DNA from: an uncultured delta proteobacterium
GTDB taxonomy: Bacteria > Myxococcota_A > Polyangia > Polyangiales > Polyangiaceae
Length of the DNA stretch: 64,000 bases
Assembly (NCBI GenBank): GCA_963782055.1
Contig: CAWAIF010000003.1
Location: 64,001-128,000, forward strand
Direction: 5' to 3'
The notes beneath the pieces are model-generated. The model was not told where the DNA came from, did no database searches, and was given only the letters and a program-made list of their open reading frames with translations. Positions 11,477 to 20,522 of the stretch are shown piece by piece (within the stretch, counting starts at the first letter, position 1; each line of letters begins with the position of its first letter). Position numbers and translations under genes: made by a program.

Positions 11477-12499
11477 ATGGAACGGAACGCGAAGATCGGC
11501 ATTGCCCTCGTCGTCCTCGGCGGCCTGGGGGTGGGCGTCTACTTCCAGGCGAAGAAGGACGCCAAGCTCGGGACGGAGGCCGGCAAGCCGGACCTGCCCG
11601 CGCTGGTCGCCACCGACGACGTCGACAAGATCGACATCACCAACGGCAGCAAGGGCGAGGTGGTGATCGAGAAACGCGGCGACAAGTGGGAGATCACCAA
11701 GCCCCTGGAGGTGATCGCCAACCAGCAGAACGTCAAGAGCCTGCTGGACAACCTGAAGGAGCTGAAGATCTCCGACAAGGCGGTGACCAACGCCGACCAG
11801 GAGACCATCAAGAGCTACGACCTGGGCGCCGACAAGGGCGTGCACGTCGTGACCTTCAAGGGCAAGGACAAGAAGCTGGACGCGACGTTCGGCAAGTCGG
11901 GCGGTCTGGGCGACAGCGTCATGATCCCCGGCAAGCCGGACATCTACCTCGCCAAGGGCTACTCCGGCTTCATGTACACGCGCGAGCTCAAGGACTGGCG
12001 CGACCGCGAGATCTTCAAGTTCGACGACGCCAACGCCATCTCGCTGGAGATCGAGAACAAGAACGGCAAGTTCAGCTTCACCAAGGGCGACGACAAGTGG
12101 GCCGGCACCTTCAAGGGCGCCGCCATCCCGCACTTCGACCCGCAGAAGGTGAAGACGGCCCTCGGCGCCTTCAAGAACCTCACCGCCGAGGACTTCGGCG
12201 ACGGCAAGACGCCCGCCGAGACGGGCCTCGACGCCCCCGAGGAGACGGTCACCATCGCGCTGAAGGACAACGCCGGCACCTTCACCCTCAAGGTGGGCAA
12301 GGCCGCGGGCACCGCCCACTACGCGCAGAAGGACGGCGACTCGACGATCTACACCATCGGCAGCTTCCCCTACGCGTGGGTGACGGCCGAGGAGTCCAAG
12401 TTCGAGGAGAGCGCCGACGCCGGGGCCAAGGCCGGGAGCGCCAAGCCGGCCTCGAGCTTCAAGCTCCCGCCGATGCACCCGCCGCTCAATCACCCCTAG
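11477..12499 (+). CDS. DUF4340-like membrane-anchored protein
   Basis: N-terminal anchor, two repeated domains (W.I.kP..AN..V..LL; tGLDaP..vti; lkVG), WRDR motif; usual fourth gene of GldAFG-like operons. Confidence 0.75.
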   Translation: MERNAKIGIALVVLGGLGVGVYFQAKKDAKLGTEAGKPDLPALVATDDVDKIDITNGSKGEVVIEKRGDKWEITKPLEVIANQQNVKSLLDNLKELKISDKAVTNADQETIKSYDLGADKGVHVVTFKGKDKKLDATFGKSGGLGDSVMIPGKPDIYLAKGYSGFMYTRELKDWRDREIFKFDDANAISLEIENKNGKFSFTKGDDKWAGTFKGAAIPHFDPQKVKTALGAFKNLTAEDFGDGKTPAETGLDAPEETVTIALKDNAGTFTLKVGKAAGTAHYAQKDGDSTIYTIGSFPYAWVTAEESKFEESADAGAKAGSAKPASSFKLPPMHPPLNHP

Positions 12500-12548
12500 C
12501 CTCTTCGGCTTCCCACGCGCGCCGGCTGGCACTACAGATCGGTCCTCG

Positions 12549-13595
12549 ATGGACCTCTTCGACAAGCTCAACGCGTACGACTACGGGGAACTGCACTTCA
12601 AGTTGGACAAGGCGACGGGCCTCCGCGCCATCGTGGCCATCCACGACACGCGCATGGGCCCCGCGCTCGGCGGGTGCCGCTTCATCCACTACGGCACCGA
12701 CGACGAGGCGCTCATCGACGCGCTGCGCCTCGCGCGCGGCATGACGTACAAGGCCGCGCTCGCCGGCCTGGCCCACGGCGGCGGCAAGAGCGTCATCATC
12801 CGCCCGCGCCAGCACTTCGATCGCGTCGCCCTCTTCCGCGCCTTCGGCAAGTTCATCGAGGACCTGCGCGGCCACTACATCACCGCGGAGGACAGCGGCA
12901 CCGGGCTGGAGGACATGGAGGTCATCCGCACGGTCACCAAGCACGTCACCGGCATCGACCCGTCCCACGGCGGCTCCGGCGACCCCTCGCCCTTCACCGC
13001 CCTGGGCGTCCGCCGCGGCATCGAGGCGGCGGTGAAGTTCAAGCTGGGCAAGGAGGCCCTCTCCGGCGTGCACGTCGCGGTGCAGGGCGTCGGCCACGTG
13101 GGCTACCACCTCTGCAAGGAGCTGCACTCGCAGGGCGCCAAGCTCACCGTGGCGGACGTCGACCCGCTCAAGAGCGAGCGCGCGCAGCGCGAGTTCGGCG
13201 CGGCCGTCACCACCATCGACACCATCGCCGCCGTTTCTTGCGACGTCTTCGCCCCGTGCGCGCTGGGCGCCGGGCTCAATGACGACACCATCCCGCAGCT
13301 CACCGCGGGCATCGTCGCCGGCGCCGCCAACAACCAGCTCGCCGAGCCGCGCCACGGCGACGATCTGCACGCCCGCGGCATCCTCTACGCGCCAGACTAC
13401 GCCATCAACGCGGGCGGCCTGGTCAACGTCGCCCAGGAGGTCCGCGGCTACGACGCCGAGGCGGCGCGCCAGAAGACACTCCAGATCTACGACACCATGA
13501 TGGAGATCTTCGAGCGCTCGAAGAAGGTGGGCGCGCCGACCTACAAGGTCGCCGACATCATGGTCGAGGAGAAGCTGGCGGCTGTGGGGCGCTAG
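12549..13595 (+). CDS. Glu/Leu/Phe/Val dehydrogenase (leucine dehydrogenase-like)
   Basis: GPALGGCR, GMTYK, GGGKSVI, YITAED, VQGVGHVG, GAANNQL and PDYAINAGG motifs. Confidence 0.93.
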   Translation: MDLFDKLNAYDYGELHFKLDKATGLRAIVAIHDTRMGPALGGCRFIHYGTDDEALIDALRLARGMTYKAALAGLAHGGGKSVIIRPRQHFDRVALFRAFGKFIEDLRGHYITAEDSGTGLEDMEVIRTVTKHVTGIDPSHGGSGDPSPFTALGVRRGIEAAVKFKLGKEALSGVHVAVQGVGHVGYHLCKELHSQGAKLTVADVDPLKSERAQREFGAAVTTIDTIAAVSCDVFAPCALGAGLNDDTIPQLTAGIVAGAANNQLAEPRHGDDLHARGILYAPDYAINAGGLVNVAQEVRGYDAEAARQKTLQIYDTMMEIFERSKKVGAPTYKVADIMVEEKLAAVGR

Positions 13596-15018
13596 CGTCC
13601 GGCGGCTTGTCCTTCAGCTTCACCCGCGGGCGTAGCTCTCGCTCGAGCACGTCCATCGGCACGTCGCCGAAGGCGAGCCACGCCGACGCGCGAGGCCCGG
13701 CGGCGGCCATTCCTTGACGCATCAACCATTCGACCGCGAGGCCGCGGCCGATCGCCTCCACCGGCCGCGTCGCCGCGAAGCGCAGCAGCCGCCCCTCGCG
13801 CTCCGGCGGGAGGAACGCCATCGGCTTGACGATCGCGTCCAGCACGCCGGTGCCCGCGCCGTGAGCCAGCGCGATGGCCCACCGCGCCGCCACCACCTGC
13901 GCCTGCATCGACATCAGGACGACGAGCTGCTGGTCGGCGGTCTGCGCCTCCTCCAGCGCGGGGCCCAGGGCGCAGATGCCCGCGCGCTCCGGCGGCGGCT
14001 GCATCCTCCGCAGCCGCGACGGCGTCTGCGGCGCGGGGCAATCGCCGGGCGTACGCAGCGCGTCGTCCACGGCCGCGGCGTAGCCCTCGTCGGTGGCCTT
14101 CACCACCATCAGGGCGTCCACTGCGGCGCGTAGCTGCCTGTCCTCCGACTCGAAGAGCCGCGAGAGGGTCTCCGGCGTGAGGGTGGTGCCCACCTGCGCG
14201 GCCAGCGCCGCGGCCACCTCCTTCCAGCGGTCCTTGCCGGCGGGCGCGACCTGCATGTTCTCGGCGGCGATGCGCAGCCGCGTCAGCGCCGCCTGGCTCC
14301 GCGGCCAACCCACCTCCACCTTCGTCTCGAGGGGGTCCAGCGCGTCCTCAAGATCCTCCCGCTCCACGAGGGAGAGGGCGCCGGCGGTGAGCGAGGCCGC
14401 CACGGCGTCCAGCCGCTTCGCCAGCCACTCGTCGCGCTGCGCGAGGGCCTGCGGCGTGCGTGGCGCCCTCCACCCGGCCACCAGCCCCCGCACCAGCGTG
14501 CCCGCGGAGCGCGGCAGCTCGCGCTCCGTCCGGAGCCGCGAGCGCTCTGCCGTGAGCCAGCGTCCGAGCAGCTCGCGCTCCAGCTCCGGCTGCAGGTGCC
14601 GTCCGGGCGCCGGGTCGGCGATCGGCCGCTTCCACCCGGCGAGCACGCCCGCCGCCGCGGTCAGCGCGCGCCCGCGAGCGTCGAAGGAGAGCACGTCGGT
14701 GCGGCCGCCCTCCACCCCCACGTCGGGGTCCTCCGCGAGGATCGCCCCGACCACCGACTTGCGAAGCTGGGCGTCGGAGGGCGAGACGCGCGCGCGCAGG
14801 GCGATGCGCGGGTCGGTCGCGGCGAGCAGCGTGACGATGCGGTCCTCGTCGGCGAGGAAGCGCCCGAGCGCGCTCCGGTCCGCCCTCGCCTCTGCCCGCG
14901 CGCGGCCGGCCTCGTGGGGCGGAGGCGCCGCCGGGCCGCACGCCGCGCACGCGACGGCGAGCAGCGCGCCGAGGATCGCCCTGGACCGCAGGCGCGCCGG
15001 TCGCGGGGACGCTCTCAA
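13558..15018 (-). CDS. Hypothetical lipoprotein
   Basis: C-terminal part of the 1277-aa track ORF. TTG at 15018 overlaps the yjbQ stop (TTGA) and is followed by a signal peptide ending VACAAC. Confidence 0.6.
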   Translation of the reverse strand: MRASPRPARLRSRAILGALLAVACAACGPAAPPPHEAGRARAEARADRSALGRFLADEDRIVTLLAATDPRIALRARVSPSDAQLRKSVVGAILAEDPDVGVEGGRTDVLSFDARGRALTAAAGVLAGWKRPIADPAPGRHLQPELERELLGRWLTAERSRLRTERELPRSAGTLVRGLVAGWRAPRTPQALAQRDEWLAKRLDAVAASLTAGALSLVEREDLEDALDPLETKVEVGWPRSQAALTRLRIAAENMQVAPAGKDRWKEVAAALAAQVGTTLTPETLSRLFESEDRQLRAAVDALMVVKATDEGYAAAVDDALRTPGDCPAPQTPSRLRRMQPPPERAGICALGPALEEAQTADQQLVVLMSMQAQVVAARWAIALAHGAGTGVLDAIVKPMAFLPPEREGRLLRFAATRPVEAIGRGLAVEWLMRQGMAAAGPRASAWLAFGDVPMDVLERELRPRVKLKDKPPDASAPQPPASPRP

Positions 15019-15428
15019 AACCCGAGCACCTTGACGATCACCCGCTTGGGGCGCTGGCCATCGAACTCGGCGTAGAAAATGCGCTGCCACGGCCCGAGGT
15101 CCAGCCGCGCGTTGGTCACCGGCACCGTCACCTCGTGGTGCACCAGCATCGACTTCAGGTGGGCGTGCCCGTTGTCCTCGCCGGTGCGGTGGTGCAGGTA
15201 CTCCGGCCCCTCCGGCGCGAGGTGTTCCAGCCACTTCCAGATGTCGTGGTGCAGGCCGGCCTCGTCGTCGTTCACGAAGACCCCGGCGGTGATGTGCATC
15301 GCCGAGACGAGCATGAAGCCCTCCTCGATGCCGCTGCGCTCCAGGAGACCCTCCAGCGTCCCGGTGAGGTGCACCAGCTCGCGCTTCTTCTTCGTGGTGA
15401 AGGTGAGGTACTCGGTGAACGACTTCAT
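15015..15428 (-). CDS. yjbQ: YjbQ/UPF0047 family protein
   Basis: HITAGVFVND, YLHHRTGEDNGHAHLK and LGPWQRIFYAEFDG.R motifs. Confidence 0.92.
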   Translation of the reverse strand: MKSFTEYLTFTTKKKRELVHLTGTLEGLLERSGIEEGFMLVSAMHITAGVFVNDDEAGLHHDIWKWLEHLAPEGPEYLHHRTGEDNGHAHLKSMLVHHEVTVPVTNARLDLGPWQRIFYAEFDGQRPKRVIVKVLGF

Positions 15429-15513
15429 CGCTTCCCTGGCCGCCGCGAAGCCTACTACGCCCCGGGCCGGCGGGCTTCTCTTCGGTCCTGTGGCCAGCTA
15501 CAACTACAAGGCC

Positions 15514-17532
15514 ATGGCCATGCCGTCGTCCTTCGACCTTGCTTCCCGTCCTGCGCCGGCGGCCGCCCCGGCCCCGTCGCCGGCGCGCCCGCCGGTCGCC
15601 GCGGTCGAGGCGCCCACCCCGACAGCGGAGAAGCCGATGGTGCGCGCGGCGCGTGTGGCCGAGCGCCTGGCGACACGCGCGGCACGCGCGCTGTGGCCGG
15701 CGGTGCAGAAGTTCAACGTGGCCTTCGAGCGCCCCGCGCCCCATCCGAAGTGGGCCCCCCGCCCGCTGATGAAGCGCCGCGAGAAGACCTTCCCCCAGCT
15801 CGGCTGGCCGCGCGAGACCGACTCCCTCTGCCCCCGCTGCGTCAAGGAAGTGCGCGGCGACATCCTGGACGGCGTGCGCGATCTCTCCACCCTGGTGGAC
15901 GGCAAGCCGGGGGAGATCCGCGCGACGATCCTGGAGCAGGACGGCGAGCTCCTCATGGTGAAGGAGTGCGCGAAGCACGGCCGCTTCGAGGACGTGATGA
16001 GCATCGACCCGGAGTTCACGCGGCGCATCGAGCGCCTCTACCCGGGCCGCGACTTCCTCGCGCCGCCGACGCCGCTGCGCAACCACGGCACCTCCAGCGT
16101 CAAGTACGGCCGCGGCAGCGTGCTGACGGTGGACCTGACCAACCGCTGCAACATGATGTGCGACCCGTGCTTCATGGACGCCAACCAGGTCGGCTACGTC
16201 CACGAGCTGGAGTGGCACGAGGTCCAGCAGATCCTGGACGACTCGCTCACCATCAAGCCGCGCCGGCAGCTCAGCGTGCAGTTCTCCGGCGGCGAGCCCA
16301 CGCTCTCCCCGCACTTCCTCCGCGCCGTCCAGTACGCGCGCGACGTCGGGTACTTCTGCGTGCAGTGCGCGACCAACGGCATCCGCTTCGCGCAGGACCG
16401 CGACTTCTGCGTCCAGGCGAAGGAGGCCGGCCTGCGCCTCGCGTACCTGCAGTTCGACGGCGTGACCAACGCGGCCAACGGCCACCGCAAGGTGGGCAAC
16501 CTCTTCGACGTGAAGAAGCGCGCCATCGAGAACCTGCACGCCGCCGGCGTGGACGTGGTGCTCGTCGTGACCGTCGTCAACGGGGTGAACAACGACCAGG
16601 TCGGCCCCATCCTGGACTTCGCCATCGCCAACGCCGACAAGATCACCGTCGTGTCCTTCCAGCCGGTGAGCTTCACCGGTCGCGACGAGGACATCTCCGA
16701 CGCCGATCGCGTGCGCCAGCGCTACACGCTCTCGCACCTGGCGCACGACGTGAAGGTGCAGACCGGCGTGACCGAGCCCCTGCGCGACTGGTTCCCCCTC
16801 TCGGCGATGGGTCCCTTCAGCGATCTGGCGGACCTGCTGCAGGACCCGACGATGGAGTTTGGCGCCCTCAACTGCGGCTGTCACCCCAACTGCGGGATGG
16901 GCACCATCCTCTTCGTCAACAAGAAGACCAAGCAGATGGTCCCGCTCAGCCAGTTTTTGGACATGGACCAGTTTCTGCTGGACCTGGGCGACATCAACGA
17001 CGGCGCCCAGCCGCGCCCGGTGACGATGGCGCAGACCGCGCTCGCCCTGCTCAAGAACTTCCGCCCGGACAAGGCGCCGCCCAACTACACCTTCGCCGAC
17101 CTGATCCGCCAGTTTCGCAGCCAGACGGGCACGCGCGGCAAGAAGATCGGCGAGTACGAGACCGACGCCGGCGAGTTCGAGTGGCGCGTGCTCTTCGTCG
17201 CCGGCATGTGGTTCCAGGATCTGTTCAACTACGACTTCCGCCGCACCGAGATGTGCATCATCCCCTACGGCACGCAGATGGGGGAGATCAGCTTCTGCGC
17301 CTACAACACCGGCGTCGGCTGGCGGAACGTCATCGAGAAGATGAAGGCGAACGCCTCGGTGGCGGAGTGGTACAAGACGCGCGGCCGGCACCCCGTCTAC
17401 GCGAAGAACCAGGAGCTGCCCCTGCCGGAGGAGCTCGGCACGGTCGTGATGCCGCGGTCGGCGCAGGAGCTAGAGAAGCGCGACGCCGAGAAGGCGACAC
17501 GCAAGCGGGTCCGCCTGAACATCGTCCACTGA
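15514..17532 (+). CDS. Radical SAM enzyme, tetraether synthase (Tes/MJ0619)-like
   Basis: SLCPRC..KECAKHG metal site, DLTNRCNMMCDPCF, QFSGGEPT, YLQFDG, FQPVSFTGR, HPNCG and C-terminal FQD..N.D.RR...C...Y......FCAYN. Start at 15514 or 15520. Confidence 0.8.
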   Translation: MAMPSSFDLASRPAPAAAPAPSPARPPVAAVEAPTPTAEKPMVRAARVAERLATRAARALWPAVQKFNVAFERPAPHPKWAPRPLMKRREKTFPQLGWPRETDSLCPRCVKEVRGDILDGVRDLSTLVDGKPGEIRATILEQDGELLMVKECAKHGRFEDVMSIDPEFTRRIERLYPGRDFLAPPTPLRNHGTSSVKYGRGSVLTVDLTNRCNMMCDPCFMDANQVGYVHELEWHEVQQILDDSLTIKPRRQLSVQFSGGEPTLSPHFLRAVQYARDVGYFCVQCATNGIRFAQDRDFCVQAKEAGLRLAYLQFDGVTNAANGHRKVGNLFDVKKRAIENLHAAGVDVVLVVTVVNGVNNDQVGPILDFAIANADKITVVSFQPVSFTGRDEDISDADRVRQRYTLSHLAHDVKVQTGVTEPLRDWFPLSAMGPFSDLADLLQDPTMEFGALNCGCHPNCGMGTILFVNKKTKQMVPLSQFLDMDQFLLDLGDINDGAQPRPVTMAQTALALLKNFRPDKAPPNYTFADLIRQFRSQTGTRGKKIGEYETDAGEFEWRVLFVAGMWFQDLFNYDFRRTEMCIIPYGTQMGEISFCAYNTGVGWRNVIEKMKANASVAEWYKTRGRHPVYAKNQELPLPEELGTVVMPRSAQELEKRDAEKATRKRVRLNIVH

Positions 17533-17563
17533 CGTCTCTCCCGGGGGAGGTCGTGACCGAGGC

Positions 17564-18535
17564 CTACTTCTCCTCGCAGACGCCCGAGACGGTGCGGCGG
17601 CCGAGGACCAGCGTGCACTGCTTGAGGATGTCCATCGCCAGGACGCCGTCGCGCGGGCAGAAAGGATCCTCCGCGCCGGGAATGAGGTCCACGTTGCGCA
17701 TCGCCTCCACCGCTCCCACGTTCATCCTGGCGCCCCTCACCGTGCGGGGCGTGACCCGCCCCGACGCCGCGTAGACCGCCTCCTTCGACTCCTCGCTGCG
17801 CGGCAACAGCGCCTTGCCCACCTTGGACGTCATGAGCAGGTCCGACTGGTGGGCGCCGGTGTCGATGAGCAGGCGCGCGTCGTGGCCCTCGACCGTCGCG
17901 TTCACCACGAAGGCGAGGCCGTGGAAGGGGCTCTCGTCGTCCACGCACGCGTGCGGCGGCTCCAGGGTGAGCAAGCTGCCGACCGCGGTGGGGGTGGCGT
18001 CCACCGCGATGGTGCGCATCTCGGAGTGGGGGAAGTCGAGCACGACATCGAGGCCATCCCCGGCGAGCTGCTGCGGCGAGAGAAACACGCCGATGCCGAG
18101 GCGCGAGACGGCCTCCGGCACGTCGGTCACCAGCATGGACTGGTCTGCGAGCTCGCCCCAGCCGTCGATGCTGACGTGCGGGTGCGGCGCCCGCCGCGTC
18201 TCGATGGGGCGGCCGACGTGGTCGGTCCCGGTGTCCCCCAGGCTGAGCGTGGTGAGGCCCACCTTGCGCGCGAGCCACCCGGCGATGACGTGCGAGTTGG
18301 CGCCGGTGTCGACCAGGAAGATGGTCTCCTCGCCGGCGACCTTGCCGTGGACGATGGGCAGCGGGAAGGGCTTGCCGTTGAGGGTGAACTCCAGGTCCAC
18401 CTTGCGCGGGCCCTCGCCTCCCACCGACGCCTTCGTCCCGCGGTGCGCGCTCGACGCGCCCTTGCCGCCGGAGGACGAAGGGCCGCACGCTGCGAGCAGC
18501 AGGCAAGTGGCGAGCGCCACACGATGGGACGACAC
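17564..18535 (-). CDS. Lipoprotein with two retropepsin-like aspartic protease domains
   Basis: LLAAC lipobox; FLVDTGA and LLIDTGA motifs; DGVLAMDIL near the C-terminus. Confidence 0.75.
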   Translation of the reverse strand: MSSHRVALATCLLLAACGPSSSGGKGASSAHRGTKASVGGEGPRKVDLEFTLNGKPFPLPIVHGKVAGEETIFLVDTGANSHVIAGWLARKVGLTTLSLGDTGTDHVGRPIETRRAPHPHVSIDGWGELADQSMLVTDVPEAVSRLGIGVFLSPQQLAGDGLDVVLDFPHSEMRTIAVDATPTAVGSLLTLEPPHACVDDESPFHGLAFVVNATVEGHDARLLIDTGAHQSDLLMTSKVGKALLPRSEESKEAVYAASGRVTPRTVRGARMNVGAVEAMRNVDLIPGAEDPFCPRDGVLAMDILKQCTLVLGRRTVSGVCEEK

Positions 18536-18690
18536 GACGAGAACACACTAGGTCGCTGGGAGCGATTCGGCCATGCCGAAACGCGCCCGGTCGCCCCTCC
18601 GTGTGGCCTGCAGCGCCCTGGACGGCTGAGGCGGGCTCCGGGACACCCGGGTGGGACAATCCTTCGCGTTTCGTTGACCGGCGGTCCTTG

Positions 18691-18708
18691 GATGAATCAT
18701 CATTCATC
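18691..18708. promoter_or_regulatory. Palindromic operator upstream of TetR gene
   Basis: GATGAAT-CATC-ATTCATC perfect 7-bp inverted repeat 2 nt before the GTG start; a TTGACC -35-like hexamer lies at 18674. Confidence 0.65.
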
Positions 18709-18710
18709 AA

Positions 18711-19358
18711 GTGAACGCGGCGATCCGCAAGCGCGCTCCGTCCTCGCGCCGCGCCGAAGCCAAGGCGCTCTTCCGCAACGCCATCCTGGACGCGGCCGAG
18801 GAGGTCTTCGCCGAGAAGGGCTTCCACGCCGCGCGCATCCAGGACATCGCCGCGCGCGCGCGCACCGGGGTCGGCACCGTCTACAACCACTTCGAGCAGA
18901 AGGAGGACGTGCTCGTCGCCCTGCTCGACGAGCGCACGCGCGTCGTCGTCGCGGCGATCGAGCCGAGGCCGGGGGACGGCAAGGACTTCGAGCGGCGCGC
19001 GCGGGCGCAGCTCGCGCGGATGCTGGCGGCGCTGGCGAAGCACCGCGCCTTCTTCGGCGTGGCGTTCGAGTACGGGCTCATCGGTCCGGCGAGCGCGGCG
19101 GGCGCCCTCGTGCTGAAGGGTCGCCGCGTCAAGCAGCCGGAGCGGTTCCGAGCCGCCATGCTCGCCCTGCTGGAGGATGGCGTCGCCTCCGGGGCGCTCG
19201 CCCCGCGCCAGCCGGTGCGGCTGGTGCGCTTCCTGGGCGGGGCGCTGCGGGCCTTCATGCTGGACCCGCAGTCGACGAACGAGCCGTTCGACCCCGAGGA
19301 GCGCGCCGCGCAGGTGGTGGACCTGTTCCTGCACGGCGCCGCCCGCCGCGGGCGGTAG
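18711..19358 (+). CDS. TetR/AcrR family transcriptional regulator
   Basis: ILDAAEEVFAEKGF..DIA..GTVYNHF..KE HTH motif. Confidence 0.93.
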   Translation: MNAAIRKRAPSSRRAEAKALFRNAILDAAEEVFAEKGFHAARIQDIAARARTGVGTVYNHFEQKEDVLVALLDERTRVVVAAIEPRPGDGKDFERRARAQLARMLAALAKHRAFFGVAFEYGLIGPASAAGALVLKGRRVKQPERFRAAMLALLEDGVASGALAPRQPVRLVRFLGGALRAFMLDPQSTNEPFDPEERAAQVVDLFLHGAARRGR

Positions 19359-19445
19359 CGGCGAGAGGCGCGCCGCCCCGGCGGCGACCCTTGACCCCTC
19401 CAGCGCGTTGGGTAGCCTCCGTCCCCCTATCGAAGGAGCGCCCCG

Positions 19446-20372
19446 ATGCCCATGACCGACCGCGTGAAGCAGATCCTCTCCTTTTATGGCTCCGACAGCC
19501 CGGGCGTCAAAGCCAACCTGTATCGCATGCTCAACCACGGCGCGCTCGCCGGCACGGGCAAGATGGTCATCCTGCCCGTCGACCAGGGCTTCGAGCACGG
19601 GCCGGTGCGCTCCTTCCAGCCCAACCCGCCTGCCTACGATCCCGACTACCACCCGCAGCTCGCGGTCGACGCCGGATGCAACGCGTACGCCGCGCCGCTC
19701 GGCTTCCTCGAGGCGGTGGCCGATCGCTACGCCGGGCAGCTCCCGCTGATCCTCAAGCTGAACAACTCGGACACCCTCGCCAAGGTCTCGCAGCCCTGCA
19801 GCGCGGTGACCGGCTCGGTGGAGGACGCGCTGCGCCTCGGCTGCGTCGCCATCGGCTACACCATCTACCCGGGCTCCGGCGATCGCAACATCATGTACGA
19901 GCACCTGCGGGAGCTCATCCTGGAGGCGAAGGCCCACGGCCTGCCGACGATTGTGTGGGCGTACCCGCGCGGCGCCGGCATCTCCAAGGAGGGCGAGACC
20001 GCCGTCGACGTGTGCGGCTACGCCGCGCAGATCTCCGCGCAGCTCGGCGCGCACGTCATCAAGATCAAGCCGCCGAAGGACTTCCTGGAGCAGGATCTGG
20101 CGAAGAAGGTCTTCGAGAAGTACAGCATCCCGACCAAGACGCTGTCTGACCGCGTGCGCCACTGCGTGCAGAGTGCCTTCAACGGCAAGCGCATCCTCAT
20201 CTTCTCCGGCGGGGAGTCGCGCGGCACCGACGAGCTGCTCGCCGACATCAAGGAGATCGCCAGGGGCGGCGCCTTCGGCTCCATCATGGGCCGCAACGCC
20301 TTCCAGCGGCCGCGGAAGGAGGCGCTCAAGCTCCTCGGCGACGTGATCGCGATCTACAAGGCCGCTTCCTGA
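19446..20372 (+). CDS. fbaB: Class I fructose-bisphosphate aldolase (DhnA type)
   Basis: ILPVDQGFEHGP, WAYPRG, HVIKIK Schiff-base Lys, FSGG and GSIMGRNAFQ motifs. Confidence 0.92.
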   Translation: MPMTDRVKQILSFYGSDSPGVKANLYRMLNHGALAGTGKMVILPVDQGFEHGPVRSFQPNPPAYDPDYHPQLAVDAGCNAYAAPLGFLEAVADRYAGQLPLILKLNNSDTLAKVSQPCSAVTGSVEDALRLGCVAIGYTIYPGSGDRNIMYEHLRELILEAKAHGLPTIVWAYPRGAGISKEGETAVDVCGYAAQISAQLGAHVIKIKPPKDFLEQDLAKKVFEKYSIPTKTLSDRVRHCVQSAFNGKRILIFSGGESRGTDELLADIKEIARGGAFGSIMGRNAFQRPRKEALKLLGDVIAIYKAAS

Positions 20373-20522
20373 CGGACGCCGCGCCGCCACAGGCGCCCAC
20401 AACGTGGGCGTTCACCCCCTACTCCCCAGGGAGTATCGACAAGCTCGCTGCATGGAGATGCACTGGACCGATGCGGGGCCATGCGCAGCGAACGCTGGCG
20501 CGGTGCCCCGGGGAGGACCATC

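Noticed and set aside
15019..17391. 1277-aa minus-strand ORF as one giant protein
   Set aside because: The upstream two thirds overlap yjbQ and the antisense of the radical SAM gene; only 13558-15018 looks coding.
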